64,000 nucleotides of DNA. Origin: Candidatus Nealsonbacteria bacterium DGGOD1a. GTDB taxonomy: Bacteria; Patescibacteriota; Minisyncoccia; Minisyncoccales; UBA5738. Under the pieces are notes generated by a model. The model saw only the letters and a program-made list of their open reading frames with translations, was not told the DNA's origin and searched no databases. Below are positions 9,542-21,600 of this stretch, piece by piece. The position numbers and the translations under genes are program-made. The first letter of the stretch is position 1, and the number at the start of each line of letters is the position of its first letter. The stretch is taken from contig CP092821.1 in NCBI GenBank assembly GCA_022530585.1, positions 6,222 to 70,221 of the forward strand. Reading direction: 5' to 3'.

Positions 9542-9910
9542 ATGAAAAAAATTTTATTAATCGAAGATGAAGAATTGATTATCCGGCTTTTGGGAAAGAA
9601 GCTCGCGGGGATCGGGTATGAAGTGATTTTGGCGATGGACGGGCAAGAAGGCCTTGAGAAAATGAAAAAAGACAAACCCGATTTGATATTGCTGGATATT
9701 GTTATGCCTCGGAAAGGCGGGTTTGATGTGATGGAGGAAATGCGAAAAGATCCCGATCTTGCCAAGATACCGGTGATCATCGTTTCCAATTCCGGCCAGC
9801 CGCTGGAATTGGATCGGGCTAAAAAACTGGGCGCCGTCGATTGGTTGGTCAAGACGGAATTCGATCCCAAGGAAGTGGTCGAGAAAATAAAAAAACACAT
9901 CAAGAAATAA
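9542..9910 (+). CDS. Single-domain response regulator (receiver only)
   Basis: KILLIEDEE, DLILLDIVMP and a conserved K near the C-terminus. No output domain. Confidence 0.85.
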   Translation: MKKILLIEDEELIIRLLGKKLAGIGYEVILAMDGQEGLEKMKKDKPDLILLDIVMPRKGGFDVMEEMRKDPDLAKIPVIIVSNSGQPLELDRAKKLGAVDWLVKTEFDPKEVVEKIKKHIKK

Positions 9911-9938
9911 GCCGATAAAGCTATTCTTTTACCATAAT

Positions 9939-10307
9939 ATGGCAAAAAAAATTCTAATTGTCGAAGACGATAAATTCTTGCGCGAATTGATCGTCAGAAA
10001 GTTGTCCAACGAAGGGTATGATGTGGTCGAGGCGGTCGACGGCGAGCAGGGAGTGTTGAAAATAAAAGAAACCAAACCGGATTTGGTTTTGCTTGATTTG
10101 ATCCTGCCCGGTATCGACGGATTTGAAGTTCTCGCGCAAAAAAAGGAAGATCCGTTCGCGGCGTCGATACCGGTGATCGTGCTTTCAAACCTTGGCCAAA
10201 AAGAAGATGTCGACAAGGGGTTGAGCTTGGGCGCGACCGATTATTTAATCAAGGCTCACTTCACTCCGGGAGAGATCATCGAAAAAGTGAGGAACATCAT
10301 CAAATAG
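9939..10307 (+). CDS. Single-domain response regulator (receiver only)
   Basis: KILIVEDDKFL, DLVLLDLILPGIDG and TDYLIKAHF motifs. Confidence 0.85.
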   Translation: MAKKILIVEDDKFLRELIVRKLSNEGYDVVEAVDGEQGVLKIKETKPDLVLLDLILPGIDGFEVLAQKKEDPFAASIPVIVLSNLGQKEDVDKGLSLGATDYLIKAHFTPGEIIEKVRNIIK

Positions 10308-10370
10308 ACGGATGGTCCTGCGTTTTGCATAGCCTTGCGACAAGCGAGGTTTTATGTGTAATTGTTTCGC

Positions 10371-10521
10371 TAATTTTCAATTTTCAATTTTTTGATTTTC
10401 AATAAATTATCAATTAAATAATTTTCAAACGGGTGCAAGCGCCAACGGCATGTTATTCGTTTGGTCATTGGAAAATTGAAGATTCATTGAAAATTGGTAA
10501 TTGAAAATTGGAGCTTGATGA
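10371..10521. repeat. AT-rich inverted-repeat element (family A, ttttcaattttcaa / ttgaaaattgaaaa)
   Basis: Left arm taattttcaattttcaattttttgattttcaa; right arm ttggaaaattgaagattcattgaaaattggtaattgaaaattgg. It ends 6 nt before the holA ATG. Confidence 0.55.
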
Positions 10522-11448
10522 ATGCTGATATTTTTATATGGTCCGGATACTTTCCGGATCAGCCGCAAATTGGGGCGGATTGTCGAGGAATATAAAAAAC
10601 GCGCCAAAGGGTTTGATTTCTCGGTTTTTGACGCGGCGTTGGGCCAAAGTTCGATATCGGGGGATTTCTTTTCCGGTTTGCGGCAAAATTCGCTTTTTCG
10701 GGAAAAGAAATTTTTTGTCGTTAAAAATCCGATCAGCGACAAGGATTTCAAAGAAGCTTTGATTGAGAGAATGGAGGAGATTTCCGGCTCGGGGCACAAC
10801 ATCGTTTTTTGCCAGGAGGGCAAGGTTTTAAAAACCGATCGTTTGCTTTCCGCGCTCAAGAAAACCGCCGAAGTCCAGGAATTCGCGCCGCTTGAGGGCG
10901 CGAAATTAAACGGTTGGATTGCCGGAGAATTCCAATCTTTGGGTTGTTCGGTGTCCGCTTCGGTCGCGGAAGTTGTCGCGCGCCGGGCGGGCGATGATCT
11001 TTGGGCCGTGGAAAATGAAATTCAAAAACTGGCCCATTTTACCGCCGGCCGGCCGATAACGGTTGGCGACGCGGAACAAAACATTCCGCTCGCGACCGAT
11101 TCCAATATCTTTAAAACCATCGACGCGGCGGCGGCCCGGGACAAAAAACAGGCGCTGAAGCTGATCAAAGAACATATCGACAAAGGGGATCATCCTCTTT
11201 ATTTGCTGGCAATGGTCGCGTCTCAATTCAAAAACCTTGTTTTGGTAAAGTCCGCCGGCACGGGCGCCGGCGCGGCAAGATTGGGTATCCATCCTTATGT
11301 TTTCGGCAAAACCGTTGCGCTCGCGCGGCGTTTCGGTTTGGATGAATTGAAAGATATTTATCGCAAAATTTGTCAGGCCGATTTTGACATAAAAACCGGC
11401 AAGATCAGTCCCGAAGCGGGTCTTGATTTGCTGATCGCGGACATTTGA
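10522..11448 (+). CDS. holA: DNA polymerase III delta subunit
   Basis: 308 aa. N-terminus MLIFLYGPDTF and overall length and profile typical of HolA. Confidence 0.75.
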   Translation: MLIFLYGPDTFRISRKLGRIVEEYKKRAKGFDFSVFDAALGQSSISGDFFSGLRQNSLFREKKFFVVKNPISDKDFKEALIERMEEISGSGHNIVFCQEGKVLKTDRLLSALKKTAEVQEFAPLEGAKLNGWIAGEFQSLGCSVSASVAEVVARRAGDDLWAVENEIQKLAHFTAGRPITVGDAEQNIPLATDSNIFKTIDAAAARDKKQALKLIKEHIDKGDHPLYLLAMVASQFKNLVLVKSAGTGAGAARLGIHPYVFGKTVALARRFGLDELKDIYRKICQADFDIKTGKISPEAGLDLLIADI

Positions 11449-11642
11449 ATTTGGGCGCTTGCGTGGCAACCTCCAGTTTCGATTATAATAGAAATGAGAT
11501 ATAAATTGCCCAAGAATAATCGAAATTGCTTTAAAAAAACAAAGAGCGCCAAAGAATTGGCGATAAGCGAGCATGGAATGGCGAAATTGGAAAAAAGGGT
11601 ATTGGCCCGGCTTGCCGCCTGATTATCGGTTTTTGCGAACAT

Positions 11643-11672
11643 AAAACCCCTCCATTTTTGAAGGGGTTTTGG
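11643..11672. terminator. Hairpin terminator next to rpsT 3' end
   Basis: aaaacccct...aggggtttt stem flanked by A/T runs. Confidence 0.55.
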
Positions 11673-11684
11673 GCTTATTATAAT

Positions 11685-11951
11685 TTACGCGCTTGTTTTC
11701 GCCAGCAGTTTGGCGATGCGGGATTTTTTTCTGGCCGCGGTGTTGGGTTTGATCGTGCCGGTTTTGGCGGCCTTGTCGAGAGCCTTAAAAATTGCCGGCA
11801 GATTTTTTTTGGCGTCTTCGATTTTTTTCGCGCCTGCCAAAACCCGCGTTTCTTTCAGTATGGTTTTTATTTTCTGTTTGCGAGCTTTGTTGGCGATCCG
11901 GCGTTTGGCGTTTTGCCGCAAAGCTTTTTTGGCGGATTTGATGATTGGCAT
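11685..11951 (-). CDS. rpsT: 30S ribosomal protein S20
   Basis: MPIIKSAKKALRQNAKRRIANKARK is the family N-terminus. Confidence 0.9.
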   Translation of the reverse strand: MPIIKSAKKALRQNAKRRIANKARKQKIKTILKETRVLAGAKKIEDAKKNLPAIFKALDKAAKTGTIKPNTAARKKSRIAKLLAKTSA

Positions 11952-12039
11952 AGGATTAAATCAAAATTAAAAAATGTCGTTGATTTTTAATGGCATCGGC
12001 GACAAATGAAATCATACCATAATTCCTGTTTTTTGCAAG

Positions 12040-12520
12040 CAGGCATGAGTATGACAACCCCTCACCGGGGAGCAAATTTGTTGAGGTTTGACCTCAAGAA
12101 TTTGTATTTTGAGGTCAATCCTCAACGAATTTGCGGTAAGGGTTGGCGCGAATTTAAAGGTCAAACCTCTCGCAAGCCGAGGATTGACCTCCAAATTCGC
12201 TATTTTTACTTCCCGGTGAGTGGTTACTGAGTATGGCAACCCCTTACTGGGGTAGCGCTTTTTGCATTTGGGGTCGTTCCCCTGCGAAGCTTTAGCGAAG
12301 CAGGGGTGCGACCCCTGCAACAGCATTCGAATTTAAATTCATAATGCTATTAAAGGGGTCTAACCCCTGCGGTTACACAGGGGTTAGACCCCAGATACAA
12401 ATACTCCAGTGAGTGATTACTGAGTATGGCAACCTCTCACCGGGATTTGTTTTTTATTGAAACTTGCGGAATGTTTTTAAAAAGGGTCCGACCCTTTTTA
12501 AAAGGGTCGGACCCTTTTGG
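12040..12520. repeat. Mosaic of at least 10 REP-like hairpins upstream of the giant gene
   Basis: ttgaGGTttgACCtcaa (12081), ttgaGGTcaatCCtcaa (12109), the composite at 12270-12318, GGGGTctaACCCC...GGGGTtagACCCC (12355-12392), and aaaaGGGTccgACCCtttttaaaaGGGTcggACCCtttt (12478-12517). Confidence 0.8.
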
Positions 12521-12683
12521 CCCTTTTGATTACAGGGGCCGCGGGAAGTTGTTTTGCCGGTAACGGCTCGGCGGTGAAAAGCGTTTGTTTTTCCGCTTCA
12601 AAATCGCCAGTTATCCACAGTGGCGCGCGCGGCGTATTTAGAGTATAATTTAAGATAAGGAAAGTTGTGCTTGGAAATGGGTT

Positions 12684-15600
12684 ATGGAGAGAAAGCCAAA
12701 TAATCAAAAACCGCAAATTTTCACGAAAATTGCGTTCGCATTTTTGGTATTTTTGTGTTGCGCGGGCGCGTATCAAATCGTTTGGGCCGCGGTTGAATTT
12801 TATCCGTCCGATTCCTTGCGGGACCGCGCTTTTGGTTTTGCCGATTTTTTCCGGGATGCCGCGCAAATGGCGCCGCGCCAGTTTGTCCAAGGAATTGCCG
12901 CGGTTGAAAACGAGGTGTTTCCCGCCGCGCTGGAGTTTGTTTCGGACGGCGGACGCGATTTTGGCTTCGCTCTGGCGGACGCGAAATCAGCCGCGGTTGA
13001 TTTTGCTCAAAATTTCGCGGTAAAAACAGAAAATAACGCGACCGCCGTTGCCGTTGCCGCGGGCGGCCTTGTTGAAAATTCGGCCAAACAAACCGCGGGG
13101 TTGGGCGAAACCGCGGCGCGGTCTTTGGCGCGCGGCGTTCATTCGACCGGGGATAAAGTTTCGGTAATCGCCGGCAATGTCGGCGCGATCGCGGGCAAGT
13201 CGCTACGCGCCGGCGCGATTGCCGCCGGTTCGATTCTGGCGGATTTGCCCGCGGGAGCCAATCGCGCCGCCGATGGTATTTTTGGCGGCGTATCCGCGGC
13301 CTTAACCGGCGCCAATCGCGCGGTTCGCGGCGCGATCGATGAAACGGCGCAAAATATGTTTATTGCCGCGGATTCGATTTTGCGCGCGGCGCGGCCGGGC
13401 ACGGAGTTGGCCGCAAAAAGATCATCCCAAACCGCGGCGGCCGCGGGCGGCCTTGTTGAAAATTCGGCCAAACAAACCGCGGGGTTGGGCGAAACCGCGG
13501 CGCGGTCTTTGGCGCAGGCATCGCAGGCGGGGCAAGCGTCGTTGTCCTCATTTTTCGACGGAATCAAAAACCATATTCGCGACACGGCGCGCCGCTGGCT
13601 GGGAATAGAAGATTCTCCGGGCAATGATCAATTGTCGATGAATGGCCAAATTTCCAACGATCAAGAATTTTTGGAAGATGATCAGAGGGTTAGACCCTCT
13701 GAAAATCAGCCGGCGCCAATCGTCCAAAACATTTATCCGGAAAAAGAAATACAGACTAAGGAAGTGCAAACCAAGGAGATTCAAACCATTCATACCAAAG
13801 AAATACAAACTCAAGTCAATACCGTTGTCGCCGATGAGGGCACCAAAGCGCGAGTTAATCAAATTCTGCGCCAGATGGATTCGGACCGGCCCAATTATTC
13901 GCTGGGACAGAGTTACAATCCGCCGGATAATTTGGGCGCCAACACTTTGGATATCGGCGGCGGCAGTTTCACGGTGAACCGCCATGGCGCGATCACCGGC
14001 GGTTCGCTGGATATCGGGAGCGGCAATTTCACGGTTAGCGCCGGCGGCGACGCGGTCGTGCGCGGCAATTTCACGGTGTCCGGCAGCCAGACCTATTCGG
14101 GCGCGGCGGCTTTTTCGGCGACCACCACGGCCGCGGCATTATCCGCGATCCAAGGCGGATCGGGGGTTGCTTTGCAAGCCGACAACATCGCCATCAAGTC
14201 TTCCACCATTTCCACCAACGATAGCGACACGAATTTGCTCATCAATCCCAACGGCACGGGCGCGGTGCAATTCCACACCGCTGCCAACTATATCGATTCA
14301 ACCGGCAACCTGGTGTTGGACGGCGACATCACTTTGACGAGCGGCGGCACATTCTACACCACCGACAACGGCAATCTGGTTTTCGCGCCCAATGGCACCG
14401 GCAATCTGGTGGTGGGCGATACGGACAACGCCGCCAGCATCGTTCCGTTTGTTGATTCAACATTGGGCTATGATTTGGGAAGCTCGGCGCGAAGATGGTA
14501 TGACATCTACGCCGCGGGCAAACTGGATGTGGCGTCCACCACTTTGGAAAGCGGCCAGCTGTCGTTTGTCGATGCCGGCCGGATTACCACGGGCGCGAGC
14601 AAAGATTTAATTTTGCAAGCCGGCGCGGGCGGAAAAACTCAAATTACCGACGGCACGACCACGGTGGATATCGCCGATGGGACGCAGGCGCTGTACGCGG
14701 TGAACGGCGCCACGGCGGCCAAGCTGGCCGATGGGACATACGCGGTTGACGCGACCGGCGACATCCGGTTGTCCGGCGACATCACGGTTTCCGGCGGCCG
14801 GCTGAATTTCGGCGCCGGCGCGGAATCAATCGACAATGAAACCGCCAATCTTTTGAAACTCACCACCGGCGGCAACACCCGGGTGGTTCTTGGCGATGAC
14901 GCCGGAACCTACCAATTCCAGATCGCGGATTCGGGCGGCAATGTGGCGGCGTCGATCGATTCGGACGGCAAGGCGGTACTGGCCGGAATATCATCTTCGG
15001 GAAATATTTCTCCGGCAACCGATTTGGGCGCGAGTTTGGGCGACGCCACGCACCGCTTCAACGATATCTATGTCGCCAACATCAACACTTCCGGAATGTC
15101 AACTTCGGGGCAGGCGGTGTTCACTTACCAGCCGCTGTCGACCGATTTTGCCCAATCCAGCGTTTTGATAAATCCTTCCAGCGCCATTGCCGGCGCGCCG
15201 CTCTTGGGCGTTGGCGTTGCCGGAGTTCAGAAGTTTTTCGTTGATCGCGACGGCGCTGGCTATTTCGCCGGCAATGTGGGGATTGGGACGAGCAGTCCGG
15301 CGGGCGCGCTGCATGTGTCCGGCGGGCAGTGCGTTACCGGCGACACGCGCCTGCGGGCGCGGCGGCGGCGCAAAAAGAAAAACGAGCGGGGCGAATGGAT
15401 CGAGGAAGAATATTTTGAAGATGTCCGCATTGATCAAATCAAGCCCGGCGACGAAATTTTGACGCTGGACGAAAACACCGGCCGGCTGGCGGTTTCGCGC
15501 GTGAACGCCCTGATGGATATGGGCGTCAAGGAAATCTACAAACTGACCACGGCCACGGGCAAAACCATCCGCACCACCGCCAACCATCCTTATCTGGCGG

Positions 15601-18600
15601 TTGACGGGTTTAGCGATGAGCGCGTGGCGGTGTTTATCGACTCGGCGAACTTTGAGATGAGTTGCCAAGAATGCCGTTTGAAATTTGATTATCGGGACAT
15701 CATCAAATCATTTTTTGGACAAAAAGATAAAATTATTTTCCGTTATTACAAAGTTGATTTTGGCAGTTCCACTCTCAAACGGTTTTTCGACTATCTCAAT
15801 ATTCTGGGAATAAAAATAGTGAGCAAGCCGTTGAAAGTTATCAAACAAAAAGACATGGCGGATGTTCACAAGGCCAATTTTGATGTGGAAATCTCTTTTG
15901 ACGCAGCAATGAAAAAAGAAGAATACGATACATTGATTCTTTTTTCCGGGGATTCGGATTTTGCGTATATGGCAAGCGGATTGCAAAAAATCGGCAAGAA
16001 AATTGTCGCAATTTCAAATTGGAGGAGTATGTCCAAAGAATTGAGAGATACCGCCGATGTTTATCTAAATTTGAGAAAAATGCCGTTTGTGCGCCAAACG
16101 GCGGACGAAACAAAAAAGCCCCGAAGGGCCCTTGAAACCCGGCTTTCGCCGGCACTTCCGATTCTATCGCAGGCGCATCCGTTTGTCAAGGGCGCGGGCA
16201 AGTGGAAAAAAGTAAGCGATTTGCGCGAAGGCCAGATGATCGCGGTTGTTGGCGATAACGACAAACCGCAATATGAACGGATCGCCAAGATCGAGAAACT
16301 GCCGCCCGAACAGGTCTATGACATTGAAGTGGAAGGCACCCACAATTTCGTGGGCAACGGCATTGTCGCCCACAACACCTATCTGCAAGGCGCGGACCAG
16401 TTGAATACTTCCTTTGCCCTGCGCGTGCAAGATTCAACCGCCGCCGACAAATTCGTGGTCACCAACGCCGGCAATGTTGGTATCGGCACGACGGTACCGG
16501 CCGGTACGCTTCATGTGGAAGGGCGGTGCGTTACCGGCGATTCGGAGCTTGCCATTGTTGATGAATTTGAGGAAAATCAAATACGAAAAATACAAATCAA
16601 AGACATCCGGCCGGAGATGGAGGTTTTGTCGTTAAATGAAGATACCGGGCGATTGGAACCGCATATCATTAATAAATTATTGGATATGGGGGTTAAGCCG
16701 GTGTTTAAATTAACCACTCAAAGCGGCAAGACCATCCGCACCACCGGCAACCATCCGTATCTTGTCAGAAAGCCGGAACATAAAATATCGGAATCGGAAA
16801 TTAATTCAAGCGTTAAAAGCGTCAACCCGGAATGTCTGACCGAAGAATATGAATTTGCCAATGCCAAGATTCTGTGGGAAGAAAACAAAAAACCCGCGTT
16901 GGCGGATTCTTTGGCGAATTCTGGCTTGACGCAAAATTTAGGATTGTCACCCAATTCAATTATAGGCGGCAATAAAAAATTTGTCAAGGGTCAAACAGGG
17001 AATAGCTCAAGAATCGTGGAGGTAGGGGGAATTGAACCCCCGAACTCTTGGGTGACAATCCAGAATTCGCGCCAAGCTACCCCCACGACAAGTGAATTTT
17101 ATCACAAAGAAAATGATGGCGCAAAATGGACTAAATTGATTTATTTGCATCCCGGAGATTATATCGCGGTTGCCTCTTTGGATTCCCGGCTTTCGGATTT
17201 TGGGCAAGTGTTATGGGATAAAATCAAGTTTATTGAATATGTTGGCGAGGAGCAAGTCTATGACATTGAGGTGGAAGGCACTCACAATTTCGTGGGCAAC
17301 GGCATTGTCGCCCACAACACCTATTTGATGGGCGATACCGGCATCGGGACGACCACGCCCGGGGCGAAGCTGGATGTGCGGGGAGGGATCGCGGCGGGAA
17401 CCAACGGCACGGAGTTTGCGGTATCTGGCGGCGGCAACATCACCGCCGGAACCTACAACGGACTGACTCTTGCTTCCCAGCTTACGGGTTTTACCATCAA
17501 CGGGGGAACCGCCGCCAAAACTTTGATCCTGAACGATAATCTTGACGCCGCCGGAGTTAACAATCATATTGCCGATACCGCCAACCCTCACAATGTCACT
17601 AAATCTCAAATTGGTTTGGGCGATGTGGAAAACACCGCGCTTTCCACTTGGCCGGGCACATTGAATATCACCACTTTGGGGACGATTGGCACGGGCACAT
17701 GGAACGGCAGTGTTATTTCGCCGGTCTATGGCGGCACGGGCGTTGCCAACAACGCCGCCAACACTCTCGCTTTCACCGGCAACTATTCTTTGGGATTGAC
17801 TTTGACAAGCAATACCTCGCTCACTCTGCCGGCAAGCGGCACTCTGGCAACTTTGGACGGCACCGAAACTTTAACCAACAAAACCTTAACTAGCCCCACG
17901 ATCACCACGCCTACGATTGCCGATCTTATCGGCGCCAAAATCCGCCCGGCAAGCGATTCAACCACCGCTCTGCAATTTACCAAAGCGGACGGCGCGACCA
18001 ATGTGATGAACATCGACACCACCAATGGGCGCGTCGGGATTGGGACGACTGCCCCGGGGGCGAAATTACAAATTGGTGACGGGACTGCGACATCGCAATA
18101 TATTTACGAAACTGGCTCTGTAAGCCAACTATACATTGGTCAGAATACCGGTACTGCTCATTTTGGCTTGACTGATGCGGCAAAAATTATACAGGCGACG
18201 GCATATCCTCTAGCTATTGGTGCGACTGGGGCACAGCCTTTAGTTTTTGGTACCAGTAATACGGAGCGTGTGCGTATCGATAGTGCCGGCAATGTCGGGA
18301 TTGGGACGACGAGTCCCTCGGCAAAGTTGCACGTGCTTGGCACCGACAGCTTGCCGACAACCACGGTTGCCAATTTTTCCGGTTCCACAGGAACGGGTTT
18401 GAAGGTTATGGGCGATGGCGAAATAGTAATTGGGGCGCCAAGTGCTTTAAGTGGTTTGTTGAATATCAAGCAAAAAGTTGATAGTAACGCCGGTGGTTTA
18501 TGGTTGGTAAATACAGGTGAAACCTATAGTCTTAGATGGTATATTGACGCTAACGGTGTTGGCAGGTTTGATAATAAACTGGATGGTAGTGGCAATATCT

Positions 18601-21600
18601 CGTTGAATGGAAGAGGGAGTGGCAACGTCGGGATCGGGACGACGAGTCCGGCGGAGCTGTTGGATGTGAATGGGCGGTTGCGGTTGGCGCAGACCACCGC
18701 GCCGGAGACGATTGCCGACAAGCTCTACAATGTTTCGGGCAATTTGGTTTGGAACGGCGTTAATCTCACCGCGGGCGGCGCCCTGCCTTCGGGCGCGGAA
18801 GGCCAACTGCTCTACAACAACGCCGGCGCGTGGACCGCGTTCTCCGGCTTGCATTGGGATGATACCAACTCGCGCCTGGGCATCGGCACGACCAGCCCGG
18901 ATTATTCTTTTACTGTTGAAGGTACTGGGCAGGCATTTGGAAGACATAACGATGCTATTACTGGGCCATTTATGATTTATCGCAAAGCAAGAGGCACGAC
19001 TTCGGCACCTGCCATTGTGCAAAGTGGCGATGAAATAGGAAAGATAATTTTTAGAGGCTACGATGGAATTGATTACTCTTCCACCGGAGCTACCATTATA
19101 TCCTATGTAGATGGTACCCCTGGAGGTGACGATATGCCCGGAAATCTTCAATTTATGACTACTCCCGATGGTTCAAACAGTGTTTTGTCAAGAATGACAA
19201 TTAAAAGTGACGGCAACATCGGCATCGGCACGACGAGTCCGGCGGAGTTGTTGGATGTGAACGGGCGGTTGCGCTTGGCGCAGACCACCGCGCCGGAAAC
19301 GATTGCCGACAAGCTCTACAATGTTTCGGGCAATTTGGTTTGGAACGGCGTCAATCTCACCGCGGGCGGCGCCCTGCCGTCGGGCGCGGAAGGCCAACTG
19401 CTCTACAACAACGCCGGCGCGTGGACCGCGTTTGACGGAATGTATTGGGATGACGCCAACAGCCGGCTGGGGATTGGGACGACGAGTCCAGATAGAAATT
19501 TGCAGGTTGTTGGTGGGATCAGAGCTAATTATATTTATACTGACACTGCAGCAACTGCAACAAATCCGTCAGTGAGATTGGCTAGTGGTTACGGATTTTT
19601 TTCGCCGGGGTTAAACTCTGTTGCAGTTTCTGCATCTTCCACTGAAGTGATGAGGATTGATGCTAGCGGCAATGTGGGGATTGGCACGACCAGTCCGGCG
19701 GGACGGTTAGATGTGCTTGGACTTTCTACGGCATATCCGTCTGCGACTGTTACGGCAGGGGATTTGGTTGTAGACACTACCAACAAGACTGTTTATGTTG
19801 GCAAACAAAGCAACGCGAGTGGTGATAATTCAATTTTTGCTGTCAGGGACAGAATAGGAATAAACAAGCTGTATGTTTCTTCGCAAGCGGATATTGCATC
19901 ATACTTTAGCTCGGGCAATGTGGGCATCGGGACGACGGCACCCCTATCAAAATTGAGTGTTGGTGACGCGGGGTCTGTTAATTATAATATGTCAGTGTCA
20001 TCCGGTGCCAATGGGGCAATCTATGCAAATTCTTCCAGTGGCTATGGTGTTTATGGCACAACCTTGTCCGGAGTTGGTATTTATGGGTATTCTGCTGGAA
20101 GTGGAACAGGGGGTTTATTCAGTTCAGCCAGTGGCTATGGATTGATAGTGAGTACCGGCAATGTCGGGATTGGAACAGCGACGCCGTTGTATTCATTGGA
20201 TGTCAGAACAACAAATAGTGTTACGAGTGGCCAGCATCCTATAGCTAACTTTTATAATTCTAGCGGCGGAGCGGGCGTTTTGGTTGGTTGGAACGCCGAT
20301 GGTTCAGCGGTTAACGCGGGTTTCATCCGTTCTGTTGGTAGCTTGCCTTTTTATTTAGGTACGACTAATTCTGCGCAGGCAGTAACTATTTTAGATAACG
20401 GCAATGTCGGCATCGGGACGACGAGTCCGGGGAGCAAATTGACAGTGAGAGGGGCGACTGCTTATACGAGTACCAGCGATGCGGCAACTTTATTGAAGTT
20501 GGAGTCGTCTTTGGACCAATACCCGACTTTTCCGGGAGCGACTGTTGGTTTACAGTTAAATCCAAGAGGAACCGTAGGGGAAAATATGGGCAACAGGATT
20601 GTGTCGGAATACAGTAGTGATAGTTACAGGGGGTATGATTTGCATTTCCAAGTTACGACTGCTCCAGGGGTGTGGGCAAACTTGATGAAGATTGATGGGA
20701 TAACAGGCAACGTCGGCATCGGGACGACGGCGCCAGAGACAGCTTTGGACGTTGTTGGTGCAGTGCGTTCCAACACTTATTTGCAAGGTAATGGCGCAAT
20801 TGTTTATGGGACGCTTGGGTTATATTATGGAGCAAGCGAGTTGGGCAGATATTCGTTTGGAGCTACTACGCCGTTAGGCGCAATGCCGTTATCTTTGGTT
20901 TCGGGGGATGGCGCGACTTACACTGATGGTTATATAAATTTTCAGACAGCGGGAAGTGAGCGGGTACGTATTGATAGTGCCGGCAATGTGGGCATCGGGA
21001 CGACGAGTCCGGAAGTGAAATTAGATGTTGTCGGGGTTGCAAGGGTAAGCGATTATCTTGCGGCGCCGGGAATTAGGGCATCAACGGCTGATTTTTATTT
21101 CGAGAATTACAATGGCGCTTCTTGGATCAAGAATATGTATATACAAGGAAATACGGGCAACGTCGGCATCGGCACGACGAGTCCGGCGGAGTTGCTGGAT
21201 GTGAACGGGCGGTTGCGGTTGGCGCAAACCACCGCGCCGGAAACGATTGCCGACAAGCTCTACAATGTTTCGGGCAATTTGGTTTGGAACGGCGTCAATC
21301 TCACCGCGGGCGGCGCCCTGCCTTTGGGCGCGGAAGGCCAACTGCTCTACAACAACGCCGGCGCGTGGACCGCGTTTTCCGGATTATACTGGGATGATAC
21401 CAGCAGCCGGCTAGGGATCGGCACGACGAGCCCGGGGCAGAAACTTGATGTAATTGGAAATGTCGCAGTGTCAGGGAGTGTGCTTACAACTTCTATTGGT
21501 TCGGGAAGTTCTTCTTCTTATACTTCGTTATATGGTGGCGCTACTTATACGGGGGGAGAAATTGATGTATATGGTGGAACACACGCTACGCTTCCCGGGA

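Noticed and set aside
635-12326. ORFs 635-832 (+), 12006-12230 (+), 12012-12326 (-) and 12498-12890 (-).
   Set aside because: They are translations of REP palindromes and mosaic repeats (peptides such as GVVPLRNRRGATP and KGSDPF). The same strings appear on both strands, and no start context or motifs are present.
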